Origin: Candidatus Aenigmatarchaeota archaeon
GTDB lineage: Archaea > Aenigmatarchaeota > Aenigmatarchaeia > QMZP01 > QMZT01
Reading direction: 5' to 3'
Assembly: GCA_043808015.1 (NCBI GenBank)
Contig: JAZDFI010000028.1
Coordinates: 1-46,979 of the forward strand
DNA length: 46,979 nucleotides
The notes beneath the pieces were generated by a model. The model saw only the letters and a program-made list of their open reading frames with translations, made no database searches and was not told where the DNA came from. Below, one piece after another: positions 17,217-27,013 of the stretch. The position numbers and the translations under genes are program-made. Positions within the stretch are counted from its first letter, which is position 1. Each line of letters opens with the position of its first letter.

Positions 17217-18375
17217 ACCCAGACAGTCCCCTTCGTCTCTTTGCGGATATCGTCGAATATTTTCATGAAATCATCAATCTTGACATCGCGCCCTCCGAGG
17301 CCTCCGATGAACGAGCTGACGTTCTTGGTCTTGACCGTGCCGCGGACCTCGTGACACAGCGCCCCGCCCAGACCAGGGGAAAGAACCTTTTCCAGAACGC
17401 CCAAAGCATGGACGTTCTTTATCGCATTCTTTATCTCGGCGAACGGGAACGGCCTGAAGCTCTTGATGCGTATGAGGCCGACGTCGTGAATCTTGTGCTC
17501 GCGGATGACGTGCTTCGCCGTGCCGGCGAGTGAGCCCATGGTTATCAGCGCGTACTTGGCGTTCTCCATGTTGAACGTCTCGATGAGACCATCGCCATAG
17601 CCGCGGCCGAACTGCTCCTTGAACTCCTTGTTGACCTCGTGTATGACTTCAATCGAGCGCTCCATCGCGTCGTTCTGCTCCTTCTTGAATTCCTGGTAGA
17701 CTTCAGGGCCGGCCCACATGCCCTGGCTGACCGGCTTCTCGAAGTCGATGACAGGGCCGGCGAATTTCGGCAGGAACTTGCCCACCGTGTTCGCATCGGG
17801 AATGTCGACCGGCTCGTAAACATGCGATAGAAAAAAGCCGTCTATGCATACCATGACGGGAAGGCGGACTTTGGCGTGCTCAGCGATTTTGTACGCCTGT
17901 ATTACCGTATCGAGGGCTTCCTGCGCGCTCTCGCAGTATAACTGTATCCATCCCGAGTCGCGCGCGCCGAACGAGTCGGACCAGTCGTTCCATATGTTCA
18001 GAGGCGCGGAAAGCGCGCGGTTGGCGTTGACCATGACCACAGGCAGGTGCATGCCTGAGACGATGTATAACATCTCGTACATGAGGGCGAGTCCCTGGCT
18101 CGAAGAAGCGGTGAACGTGCGCACGCCTGTCGCCTGCGCTCCAAGGCAGACGGACATGGCCGAGTGCTCGGACTCGACGTTCACGTATTTCGCGTCCATC
18201 TCGCCGTCCGCGATTATCTCCGAGAGCCGCTCGATTATGTGAGTATCCACTATTCAATAAACCCAAGTTCATTGAATAATTGTGGCGTAATCGGGTAAGC
18301 TGCTACTACACCCGGTTCACACAATTTAACGGCTTCGGCAATCGCGTGGCTTCCTTCCATGACTTTTTTTGACAT
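17213..18375 (-). CDS. porA: Pyruvate/2-oxoacid:ferredoxin oxidoreductase alpha subunit in two exons (18280-18375 and 17213-18244); spliced product 375 aa
   Basis: Exon 1 translates as [32 protein letters not shown]. Exon 2 begins THIIERL...VESEHSA...TASSSQGL. Removing 18245-18279 restores YPITPQTH in frame. Confidence 0.9.
18245..18279 (-). other. 35-nt bulge-helix-bulge intron in porA mRNA
   Basis: Minus strand reads CCAC AA|T TATTCAATGAAC TTGG GTTTATTGAATA GTGG AT|A. This gives a 4-bp CCAC/GTGG helix, two 3-nt bulges and a 12-bp inner stem. Confidence 0.85.
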
Positions 18376-18411
18376 AATATCATTACCTCTGTTATTTCTC
18401 TAATATCTCAG

Positions 18412-18702
18412 CTACTTCTCCGTGCTCTTCTCTACCGCCTTGAACGGGCAAAGGACCATGCACAACAGGCATCCCTTGCAGTAATCATAATCCACTTTCG
18501 CCACTTTCGTTTTTTTATCGGCGACCTCGTGCAGCTCGATGCAGCCCTCCGGGCAATATTGCACGCAGATTCCACATCCGCGACATTTGTCATCGAGGAA
18601 CACAGGCTTTAGCGAGCGCCAGCTGCCCGTTTTCTTGGACTTCGAGCTGCTCGTGCTCGGGCACATGCTGCCTTTGCTCAAGTCATGCTCCTTGGTCGTC
18701 AT
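18412..18702 (-). CDS. porD: Pyruvate/2-oxoacid:ferredoxin oxidoreductase delta subunit
   Basis: TGSWRSLKP plus two CxxCxxCxxxCP motifs, and DYDYCKGC. Confidence 0.92.
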   Translation of the reverse strand: MTTKEHDLSKGSMCPSTSSSKSKKTGSWRSLKPVFLDDKCRGCGICVQYCPEGCIELHEVADKKTKVAKVDYDYCKGCLLCMVLCPFKAVEKSTEK

Positions 18703-19235
18703 GCTTTCGTCTCCTCGTAGGCGCGCTTTATCGCCTGTACGTTCTTTTCCTTTACAGGGCCGCTGAATCGCTCGCTTATCGCCTCTATCAGGCTTTCGAT
18801 GGTCAAGAGTCCCGTCGCTTTCGCGAACGCGCCGAGCATTATGGTGTTCACTATCGGCCTGCCCAGGACTTCCATGGCAATCTTGTTCGCGTCGACCGTG
18901 TAAGTCGAGAACGTCCCGAAGCCCTTCTTGCCTTCTGCGTTGATGAGTATGACGCCGCCTTTCTTCAGGCCCGTCGTCACGTCAAGCGCGTGCGTGAGCG
19001 ATTCGTCGAGAACTATGACATAATCCGGCTCGTAGATGTGCGTGCGCAGGGTTATGAACTCCTTCGCCAGCCGGCAATATGCTTCGACCGGCGAACCCCT
19101 TCGTTCGGGCCCGAATTTCGGAATGGCCTGGCTGAACTTGCCGTCTTTGAAGGCTGCGACTGCCATGAGCTCTGCTGTCGTGACCGCGCCCTGCCCGCCT
19201 CGGCCGTGAATGCGAATCTCGGTTATCTTGTCCAT
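18699..19235 (-). CDS. porC: Pyruvate/2-oxoacid:ferredoxin oxidoreductase gamma subunit
   Basis: EIRIHGRGGQGAVT, PKFGPERRGSPV and NTIMLGA. Confidence 0.93.
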   Translation of the reverse strand: MDKITEIRIHGRGGQGAVTTAELMAVAAFKDGKFSQAIPKFGPERRGSPVEAYCRLAKEFITLRTHIYEPDYVIVLDESLTHALDVTTGLKKGGVILINAEGKKGFGTFSTYTVDANKIAMEVLGRPIVNTIMLGAFAKATGLLTIESLIEAISERFSGPVKEKNVQAIKRAYEETKA

Positions 19236-19398
19236 CTTACCAACCCATTATTAAAGACAAAATGAAAGTCCAATAGAAAATAAACGTGTAGCGGAAATAT
19301 ATAAATATGGGATGAAAATACCAAAAACCGCCGGGAGTGGACAGATGAAGCCGGCAGTAAGCTTATAGTATTTAAAATTTACCACTGTAGAATAACAT

Positions 19399-20322
19399 AT
19401 GACAGATAACTACAGAGGAAACATAAAAAACATAAGAGCGAAGATTCCAAGCGCGTCCGATTTTGACGCCAATGAAATGAGACTTCTTTCGGATTTGCAT
19501 AATCATTCCCACGACGTCAGCACGGATATCCTGAATGAAATTTTCATGGAATTGTCCAACGGGGAGAAAGTGGCCGAAAACACACAAAGGGTCATGGAAA
19601 TACCGTGGCTCAGCGCTAATGTCTTCTCTTTGTTCAAAAGAGCGGAAATGAGGACTAAGCTGCTGAGATGCAAAGACGTGCTGGATCCGCCAACCTTTTA
19701 CCCGAGCAGCGATCCTGACCTGGCTGATTATGGTTTTATAACTGAACCGGGCTTAAGCCATGCCGCACGCAGTGTATGGGGATTGATAGTCAAATATGCG
19801 AGGCTTAAGAATGAAACGGGACAGGGCAACAGCCACCACGAAGGCGTTTACAAGCTCGTGAATTTTTTGGCGGGCAAAGGCATCGGGAAAAACAAAAAAT
19901 GGATGGCCAGGGTGGGAAAAAGCCCGGATTATCTGATTCTGGGCGGCCAAGAATGCTCAGTGAGCTATATAAAAAACAATGAAAAAGCCGAATACGTAAA
20001 AGACACGCCGGACATGATGACAGGAAGGGCAAAGGATATAGTTGCCACGTTTGCCGCTTACGATGCGGTGTCTGATTTAAAACCGTGCCCGGGCTCGGAA
20101 GATGGCCAATCCACTGTCGCAACATCGAGACCCAACCCGCTGGCCCCGCTTGTGGAGATATACGAGAATGGATTCATGCTGGGGCATCCAAGACTTGAAA
20201 TCGGCAGAGCTGAAGGCGCTTACATGGGTTTCCCATCTAGCGATTATATACTGAACGATAACGCCGCCAGAAAAGTCGTCCTGCGCACGGGCGGGATGGG
20301 AAAATTAACAATAAGCGTGTGA
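19399..20322 (+). CDS. Hypothetical protein
   Basis: 307-aa ORF divergent from the por operon; no recognised motif. Confidence 0.65.
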   Translation: MTDNYRGNIKNIRAKIPSASDFDANEMRLLSDLHNHSHDVSTDILNEIFMELSNGEKVAENTQRVMEIPWLSANVFSLFKRAEMRTKLLRCKDVLDPPTFYPSSDPDLADYGFITEPGLSHAARSVWGLIVKYARLKNETGQGNSHHEGVYKLVNFLAGKGIGKNKKWMARVGKSPDYLILGGQECSVSYIKNNEKAEYVKDTPDMMTGRAKDIVATFAAYDAVSDLKPCPGSEDGQSTVATSRPNPLAPLVEIYENGFMLGHPRLEIGRAEGAYMGFPSSDYILNDNAARKVVLRTGGMGKLTISV

Positions 20323-20460
20323 ATCCGGTTTATTTTATAATGCTGAAAATCTTTTTGAAGCCTTGCCGTGCCCGTCATGCCCTCACAGCCGCGGGAATTT
20401 TATCACAAGAAGTCTAAATTTTGTTTAATTTTTTATAAGTAAAGCTTCAAACTATTAATT

Positions 20461-23274
20461 ATGAAGCCTGCATTTTTTGTGGCCTGCGCCATGACAACAT
20501 TAATAATAATTAATGCGGCGGCGGCCCAGGACAAAATTTTAGATTTATACGTTAAGCCAAAAATAAACGGCGTCTCATCGCCAAACACCGCCTTCACATA
20601 CACTTTCGCCTTTACCGACAGCGAACTGTGCGCCGATGTGTTGCTTTCAAAATCTGCAATCGTCACGACCGATTCGGATGGAATAGCGCATATCCCGATA
20701 AACATAAGCTCCCTGGCGAATGCGACGGATTACATCTGCGAATACAGGAACGGCGTTTTGCGGGCGGTGCACAACTGGACCATGCCGTCATGGTTCTATT
20801 TGAAAGATTATCCCACGCAGCTCTCGAATTTCACCAACGACATCGTCAACACCACACAATCAGAAGATAGCGGCGGCATCTGGTCGATAAACACCACGTG
20901 GCTCTACGACACCGTTTCCGGGTGGATAGAATTTCCAACATGGGACCAGTCCCTCAACACCACCGACAACGTCACGTTCAATAACATAACGGTAACCGGC
21001 AACCTCACGGTCGGTTCGGGGACGCTGTTCGTTGACGCAGTGAACAACAACGTCGGCATTGGCACGACAACTCCTGTTGATGGATTACAAGTAGGTTCTG
21101 ATGCTGCCGGTTTGAATGTTTCCATTAAGAGCACTCTTGGTCCTGAACTCGCTCCCGCTTTAACTGCTGGAAACTGGACATTGAGTGCTGATTGGAGATA
21201 TTTGACTTCGCCCGATAGATTAGAAAAATACGCCGAGGGTGTTGGAACAGCAACTCCAACATCATCAATGGGAGTAACTATTGGAAAAACATACAAAGTA
21301 GTAATAACTGTTGATGAAATGTCTGCTATGTGGATGGAATTCAAATTAGGCGGGTCTGCAGGAAAAATCGCTTATACTGCTGGAACATATACTTATTACA
21401 TAACAGCAGTTACAACTGAAAATTTAGTTATATTTGCTACCAGAAGTGCCTCGAGATTTTCAATATCATCAGTAAGTGTGATAGAATTGAGTGATGGGAA
21501 TTTGGAGTTAAATGGTCTTACAGTAAAAGGCCCATCATTATTCAGTGGCAGAGTAGGAATTGGAGCAACCGCCCCAAGAGGAACTTTAGATGTAACAAAT
21601 GGTAATGATAATCAGAAAGAAGTCAATATTTATTTTGGTTCTTACGGAGCATTAGGGCAAACGGATTATGGAACGGCTTGGGGAACAGTAGATAAGGGTC
21701 TTATAATGGGTAATAATGCTCATGGCGGGGTGCAGGGTTATAGGATAACTTACGATAGTAGTGGTTATGGTTATCGAGCAATGACCATGGATGCTTTTGG
21801 AATGTATTTTTATGCTATTAATGGAGCGACAACAGCAGATGCTTTGATTTCCGAAACAGCAAAAAGGATGGGTATATTGAATTCTGGTTATGTGGGTATT
21901 GGTTCAAATTCAACAACCGCTGTTTCAACTTTAGATTTATCTTCTGCAACTACCCCAATTCTAACTTTAAGAAGAGTGGACACGTCAATTAATGCTAACG
22001 ATTTGATAGGACAGATTGATTGGTATGCTAAAGATGATTCAACCACAACAACATTTACTCCTGCGTCCATAAGGGCTTATGCCTCCAACACGATTGCATC
22101 AGATATAAATCCGGGATATTTATCATTTTGGACTACTCCTGAAGATGTTGCTGGGGCTTTAACGGAAAGGATGAGGATTGACGCATCAGGCAACGTCGGC
22201 ATCGGGACTACAATCCCGACACAGAAGCTCGACGTGAACGGCAGCGCGTCAATTACGGGCAACCTATCAGCAGACTCGGGAACGTTTTTCGTGGATGCGG
22301 AGCATGACATGGTCGGCATCGGGACTACAATCCCGACAAGACCATTAATGGTTGCCGGTTCAACCATGATTTACAAGGGAACGCCCCTTGTTTATGCGGA
22401 CCCGGAAGCCGTTGACCTTGCAGTCACGAACTCTGCTGGGGATTCCCGTTTTTTCTTCGGTCAAGCCACTTCAGCTTTTGGCGGATTTAACTGGTTATAT
22501 AATTCCGACGTCATGCTATCAAAGCTGCAACTGGGCTGGGGCATGTCAGGAATGACATTTTTGAGAAACAAGAATGTCGGCGTCGGCACCGATTATCCCA
22601 CTGCCAATTTTCAAGTAGACCAATCAACAACAGGTCCGGGCGGAAGAGTTTCCGTGAGTGGAACAACAGTATCAGAAGTGTTACCGGGCTCTATGCAGTT
22701 TACCAACACTTTCAAAGTCGGGGATACAATTACTGTAACAACAACGGCCGGTTCAGAAACGAAAACAATCACTTCAATAACTTCTGATGCGAGCTTGGAA
22801 ACAGAGGCCTTTGCGGGAACGGCAAGCAACGCATACTATTATCTTGCAGGCAACAATAACACGCTCGCAGTAAAGGGTTATGGCTATGTGGGCATAGGGA
22901 CGAACAACCCAACACAGAAACTCGACGTGAACGGCTCCGCCAACATCGCAGGCAACCTTACGGTGAACTCGAACACGCTCTACGTGGATGCCGTGAACAA
23001 CAGAATCGGGATAGGAACCGATACGCCGAACGTGGCGTTGAATGTGATAGGGAGCGCGAACGTGACCGGCAACATGACGGTGGGCGAATCCGCCACCATA
23101 ACCGGCAACCTGACTGCATCCGCCCTGAACATCAGCAGCGTCATGTTCATCCCCACCGACACCGCGCCCCAGTGCATCAAAGGCATGGTATACTATGACG
23201 ACAGCATGAACGACCTGTGCCAGTGCAACTCCACGGATTTTGTAGTCGTGGGAACGACAACATTATGCACATAA
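20461..23274 (+). CDS. Large secreted/surface beta-rich protein with repeated VGIGTTxP modules (fibre/adhesin-like)
   Basis: Signal-peptide-like N-terminus, about 8 VGIG(T/S/A)-type repeats, many N-x-T/S sequons and a Cys-containing C-terminus. Confidence 0.8.
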   Translation: MKPAFFVACAMTTLIIINAAAAQDKILDLYVKPKINGVSSPNTAFTYTFAFTDSELCADVLLSKSAIVTTDSDGIAHIPINISSLANATDYICEYRNGVLRAVHNWTMPSWFYLKDYPTQLSNFTNDIVNTTQSEDSGGIWSINTTWLYDTVSGWIEFPTWDQSLNTTDNVTFNNITVTGNLTVGSGTLFVDAVNNNVGIGTTTPVDGLQVGSDAAGLNVSIKSTLGPELAPALTAGNWTLSADWRYLTSPDRLEKYAEGVGTATPTSSMGVTIGKTYKVVITVDEMSAMWMEFKLGGSAGKIAYTAGTYTYYITAVTTENLVIFATRSASRFSISSVSVIELSDGNLELNGLTVKGPSLFSGRVGIGATAPRGTLDVTNGNDNQKEVNIYFGSYGALGQTDYGTAWGTVDKGLIMGNNAHGGVQGYRITYDSSGYGYRAMTMDAFGMYFYAINGATTADALISETAKRMGILNSGYVGIGSNSTTAVSTLDLSSATTPILTLRRVDTSINANDLIGQIDWYAKDDSTTTTFTPASIRAYASNTIASDINPGYLSFWTTPEDVAGALTERMRIDASGNVGIGTTIPTQKLDVNGSASITGNLSADSGTFFVDAEHDMVGIGTTIPTRPLMVAGSTMIYKGTPLVYADPEAVDLAVTNSAGDSRFFFGQATSAFGGFNWLYNSDVMLSKLQLGWGMSGMTFLRNKNVGVGTDYPTANFQVDQSTTGPGGRVSVSGTTVSEVLPGSMQFTNTFKVGDTITVTTTAGSETKTITSITSDASLETEAFAGTASNAYYYLAGNNNTLAVKGYGYVGIGTNNPTQKLDVNGSANIAGNLTVNSNTLYVDAVNNRIGIGTDTPNVALNVIGSANVTGNMTVGESATITGNLTASALNISSVMFIPTDTAPQCIKGMVYYDDSMNDLCQCNSTDFVVVGTTTLCT
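22195..22338 (+). repeat. Exact 27-nt direct repeat GTCGGCATCGGGACTACAATCCCGACA (22195-22221 and 22312-22338)
   Basis: Read directly from the sequence; encodes VGIGTTIPT twice. Confidence 0.85.
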
Positions 23275-23289
23275 AGTGATAGTGATGGA

Positions 23290-24360
23290 ATGCTCAAAAA
23301 AATATTGTTCGGGTTTCTATTGTTCGGGTTTATGATATCCGCAGCATCAGCTCTCGATGACCAGGCGTTCATTCCGCAATTCGGCGATGAAGAAACATAT
23401 TTCGGCGGCGGGGATTTGGAATTAGGGAATTTTTTTGCGCATCTGCAAATTCCACCCATTCCACCGGCAGCATCACGATCCGGAAATCCTGTCCAGTTCG
23501 ACACGATAGACCTTAAAATCCTGGAAATGAAGCCGCGGAGCTTAAATTTCTCGTTTTTTGTAAAAAACATGGGTTATTACAAATACCCGGAAGTTATTTA
23601 CCAGTATATAATCACTGACACAGGCAACAATCAGGTTGCCTTCCTGCGAGAGCAGGTCATGCTGCCTGAAGCGGGAACGGACGTCGTAAAAAACCTGAGC
23701 CTGATGACCCCTCTAGAGGAAGGTAAGGAGTATATTCTGGATGTGAAGGTGATATACACGGAAGACTATTCCACTTTCGCTGAAACGTCCATCCATTTCA
23801 AATTCAGCGGGGAAATGAAAATAGCACCGTCCATTCCGACAAAACCGCAAGAAGTAACCACCGTGAAGTTCGACGCGATAGACCTGAAAATCCTGGAAAT
23901 GAAGCCGCGGAGCTTAAAATTCTCGTTTTTTGTAAAAAACATGAGATATTATAATTTTCCGGAAATCATTTACCAGTACATGGTCACGGACTCCAGCAAC
24001 AACCAGGTTGCCTTTCTGAGAGAGCAGGTTATGCTGCCGGAAGCGGAGATAGTTGTCAAAAATCTGAGCTTGATGACTCCTCTCGAAGAAGGTGAGGAGT
24101 ATATTCTGGATGTGAAGGTGATATACACGGAAGACTATTCCACTTTCGCTGAAACGTCCACCCGTTTCAAATTCGACGGGGAATTCGGAATTGCAGGTTA
24201 TCTGCACGACAAGGGAATAATTCTGGTTATCATAGCCGCTATCATGACAGCCGTATTTTTCCTGTTCATAATATTATTCAAAAAAGTGCGTGAATTTCAC
24301 GCCATGGGACTAGAAGAGCAAAGGGATTCGGAAAAAAACAAAAGACGGATGAAAAATTAA
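23290..24360 (+). CDS. Membrane-anchored exported protein with two near-identical beta-sandwich-like domains
   Basis: Signal peptide, duplicated FD.IDLKILEMKPRSL...YTEDYSTFAETS..FKF.GE domain, then a C-terminal TM helix and charged tail. Confidence 0.8.
   Translation: MLKKILFGFLLFGFMISAASALDDQAFIPQFGDEETYFGGGDLELGNFFAHLQIPPIPPAASRSGNPVQFDTIDLKILEMKPRSLNFSFFVKNMGYYKYPEVIYQYIITDTGNNQVAFLREQVMLPEAGTDVVKNLSLMTPLEEGKEYILDVKVIYTEDYSTFAETSIHFKFSGEMKIAPSIPTKPQEVTTVKFDAIDLKILEMKPRSLKFSFFVKNMRYYNFPEIIYQYMVTDSSNNQVAFLREQVMLPEAEIVVKNLSLMTPLEEGEEYILDVKVIYTEDYSTFAETSTRFKFDGEFGIAGYLHDKGIILVIIAAIMTAVFFLFIILFKKVREFHAMGLEEQRDSEKNKRRMKN
23495..24183 (+). repeat. Intragenic ~320-bp tandem duplication (23495-23814 and 23867-24183)
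   Basis: Long identical stretches, e.g. GAGTATATTCTGGATGTGAAGGTGATATACACGGAAGACTATTCCACTTTCGCTGAAACGTCCA occurs in both copies. Confidence 0.9.
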
Positions 24361-24381
24361 ACACAAGCTTACTAAAAACGC

Positions 24382-24945
24382 TTATTTTATCAGGTGGAAA
24401 ACCTTCCTGAACTCTTCCGTGCCCGCCTTGTCGATGAGCTGGAAAATTATTGATTCCACCGTTGTCAGGAAAACGCCTGAATGGACGAGCCGTTTTATGG
24501 CGACTTCGCTATCCATCGTCTTTCTCGACGAAACTGCGTCGCAGACCAGATAGACGTTGCGGCCGCTTTTCATCAGATCTAACGCCGTCTTAAGCACGCA
24601 CACGTGCGTTTCGAGCCCGCAAAGGATTATGTCTTTCGCTTTCGTCGCCTTAAGCGCTTTCATGAAATCCTGCTCCTCGCAGCAGGAGAAATGCATCTTG
24701 CCGACGGGCTTGAACTTGCCGAGCTCATTGGTGATTTCCGGAATCGTTTTGCCGAGCTTCTCCGGGTTCTGCTCGGTGATTATTATCGGGATGCCGAGCA
24801 TCCTGAACGCCTCGGCCAGCTTGCTTACGCTGGTTGCCATTTTGCCGAACTCGAATACCGCTGGTCGAAAACGCTCCTGCACGTCGATTATGACGAGGCA
24901 TGCGCTGCCCCTTTTGGGGATTCCGAAGTTTTTCGTGACGGTCAT
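24382..24945 (-). CDS. Isochorismatase family cysteine hydrolase (YcaC-like)
   Basis: IIDVQERF, TEQNPEKLGKT, KMHFSC, GLETHVCV and DAVSSR. Confidence 0.88.
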   Translation of the reverse strand: MTVTKNFGIPKRGSACLVIIDVQERFRPAVFEFGKMATSVSKLAEAFRMLGIPIIITEQNPEKLGKTIPEITNELGKFKPVGKMHFSCCEEQDFMKALKATKAKDIILCGLETHVCVLKTALDLMKSGRNVYLVCDAVSSRKTMDSEVAIKRLVHSGVFLTTVESIIFQLIDKAGTEEFRKVFHLIK

Positions 24946-24968
24946 GCGATCCTTGCGCTTCCTTGCAT

Positions 24969-26951
24969 CTAGCCGTGGTGCTGCACTATCTTCTTCAGGT
25001 CCTCGACGCACTCCGGGTTCATCAGGGTAATCGTGCTTCCCACGTCCGCATCGCCTCGTACGAGAGCGCGCAGGATGCGTCGCATTATCTTGCCTGACCT
25101 CGTCTTGGGGACGTCGTGGACGAAATATATCTCAGACGGCCTCGCTATCGGGCCTATGGTCTTGTCTATGTGCTTCACGATGTCCTTCTTCAGTTCGTCA
25201 GACGCCTTCGACGGGTCCCTGAGTATGATGAAAGCGACGGGCACCTCGCCCTTTATGTTGTCGGGTTTCGGAACCACTGCGGATTCGCGCGCCAGCGGGT
25301 GCTTGTTTATCGCGTCCTCGAGCTCGCCTGTCGACAGTCGATGGCCTGCAACCTTCATGACGTCGTCGACTCTTCCGGTGATTCGTATGGTCCCGTCCTC
25401 GTTGCGTCTCGCTCCATCGCTCGTGTCGTAGTGGCCGTGGAACCTGGTCCAGTAGTTCTCGATGTATTTCTTCTCGTCCTTGTGTATGCCCCTGAACATG
25501 CCCGGGGCGAACGGCGGTTTCTGGATGAGATATCCTGATTCGCCGGTTGCCACTTCCTTGCCGTCTTCATTGACGATTACGTGCTTCTTGCCGGGGAAGT
25601 CGCGGCCGGATACCGTGGGTATGAAAGGCCCGATTCCGGGCAGCGTGTTTATGAGCGTCCCGCCGGTCTCGGTCTGCCACCACGTGTCTATTATCGGGCA
25701 GCGTCCGCCGCCGACGACCTCGAAATACCACATCCACGCGTCGTGGTTTATGGGCTCGCCTACCGAGCCGAGCAGTCGCAGCGTCCCCAGATCGTGCTTC
25801 TTCACCCATTCGTCTCCGAATTTCATGAACATGCGTATCGCGGTCGGCGCGGTGTAGAATACCGTGACTTTATAATCCTCGACCGTCTTCCACCATCTCC
25901 CCGGATCCGGGTAGTCCGGCGCTCCCTCGAACATGAGCATCGTCGCTCCCACCAGCAGCGGGCCGTAGCAGCCGTATGTGTGACCCGTCACCCAGCCGAT
26001 GTCGGCGGTGCACCAGAAAACGTCATCGTCATGCAGGTCGAAGTTCCATTTCGTCGTCCAATAGGCCTGCGTGAGATAGCCGCCCGTGTCGTGCACGATT
26101 CCCTTCGGCTTGCCTGTCGTGCCGCTCGTGTAAAGTATGAAAAGCGTCTCGTTGCTCTCGACGTACTCTGGCTCGCAGTACGCTTCCGCGTCCTTCATGA
26201 GGTCGTGCCACCAGTGGTCCTTCGCATCGTTCCATGTGATTGCATTGCCCGTCCTTTTGACCACGACGACGTGCTCCACGTCCGTTCCCGCGACTCCGAT
26301 GTCCGCGTTGGTTTTGAGGTCCAGGACCTTCCCTCGCCTGTAACAGCTGTCCGCGGTCACGAGAACTTTTGCGTCCGCGTCTATGAGCCTGTCCTTCAGC
26401 GACTCGCCGCTGAACGCCGAGAATACGACGCTGTGCACCGCTCCAAGCCGCGCGCAGGCCAACATTGAAATTATGACCTCGGGTATCATCGGAAGGTAAA
26501 TTCCGACCCTGTCGCCGCGCTTGACTCCGAGCGACTTCAGCACGTTGGCGAATTTGTTGACTTCATTGTAAAGCTCTTTATATGTCAGCGTTATCGGCTG
26601 CTCCTCGATAAGCTCTGGCACCCACATGATCGCCTTCTTGTCGGCTTTGCCGGCTTTAACGTGCCTGTCCAGAGCGTTGTAGGAGGCGTTTATCTCCCCG
26701 CCGATGAACCATTTGAAATCCCATGGTTTATTCTCGTCGTGGTGGTATTCCCTGTCCCATTTCTTTTTCCAGTCAAGGCCTTCATGAGCTTTTTTTGCAA
26801 GGAAACCGACAGGATCCTTTTCAGCTTCCTTGTAGATGGAATGGTCGGAAACCCATGCCCTCTTCTTCATGTGTTCTGAAGGCCAGTAAACATGCTTCCT
26901 CTTCTCGTCCTCGACAACCCATTTTACGTTTTTCATCAATATCACTCCCAT
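24969..26951 (-). CDS. acs: Acetyl-CoA synthetase (AMP-forming)
   Basis: YTSGTTGKPKG, WCTADIGWVTGH, VGEPIN, DTWWQTETGG, GRVDDV and PKTRSGKIMRR. Confidence 0.95.
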   Translation of the reverse strand: MGVILMKNVKWVVEDEKRKHVYWPSEHMKKRAWVSDHSIYKEAEKDPVGFLAKKAHEGLDWKKKWDREYHHDENKPWDFKWFIGGEINASYNALDRHVKAGKADKKAIMWVPELIEEQPITLTYKELYNEVNKFANVLKSLGVKRGDRVGIYLPMIPEVIISMLACARLGAVHSVVFSAFSGESLKDRLIDADAKVLVTADSCYRRGKVLDLKTNADIGVAGTDVEHVVVVKRTGNAITWNDAKDHWWHDLMKDAEAYCEPEYVESNETLFILYTSGTTGKPKGIVHDTGGYLTQAYWTTKWNFDLHDDDVFWCTADIGWVTGHTYGCYGPLLVGATMLMFEGAPDYPDPGRWWKTVEDYKVTVFYTAPTAIRMFMKFGDEWVKKHDLGTLRLLGSVGEPINHDAWMWYFEVVGGGRCPIIDTWWQTETGGTLINTLPGIGPFIPTVSGRDFPGKKHVIVNEDGKEVATGESGYLIQKPPFAPGMFRGIHKDEKKYIENYWTRFHGHYDTSDGARRNEDGTIRITGRVDDVMKVAGHRLSTGELEDAINKHPLARESAVVPKPDNIKGEVPVAFIILRDPSKASDELKKDIVKHIDKTIGPIARPSEIYFVHDVPKTRSGKIMRRILRALVRGDADVGSTITLMNPECVEDLKKIVQHHG

Positions 26952-27013
26952 ATTCTCATGTTTTCATGGAAATATCAATATAGAAATAGTAATTGCGTTT
27001 TTTAAATAATTTA

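Noticed and set aside
17213-18250. PorA starting at GTG 18250 (ORF track), or porA as a frameshifted pseudogene
   Set aside because: That start lies inside the intron and would drop the YPITP motif. The insertion is a precise BHB hairpin whose rule-based excision restores the frame, which random decay would be unlikely to produce.
20461-24360. CRISPR array or DGR template/variable repeat pair
   Set aside because: The repeats are in-frame coding duplications without regular spacers. Differences are not confined to adenines, and no reverse transcriptase or cas gene is present.
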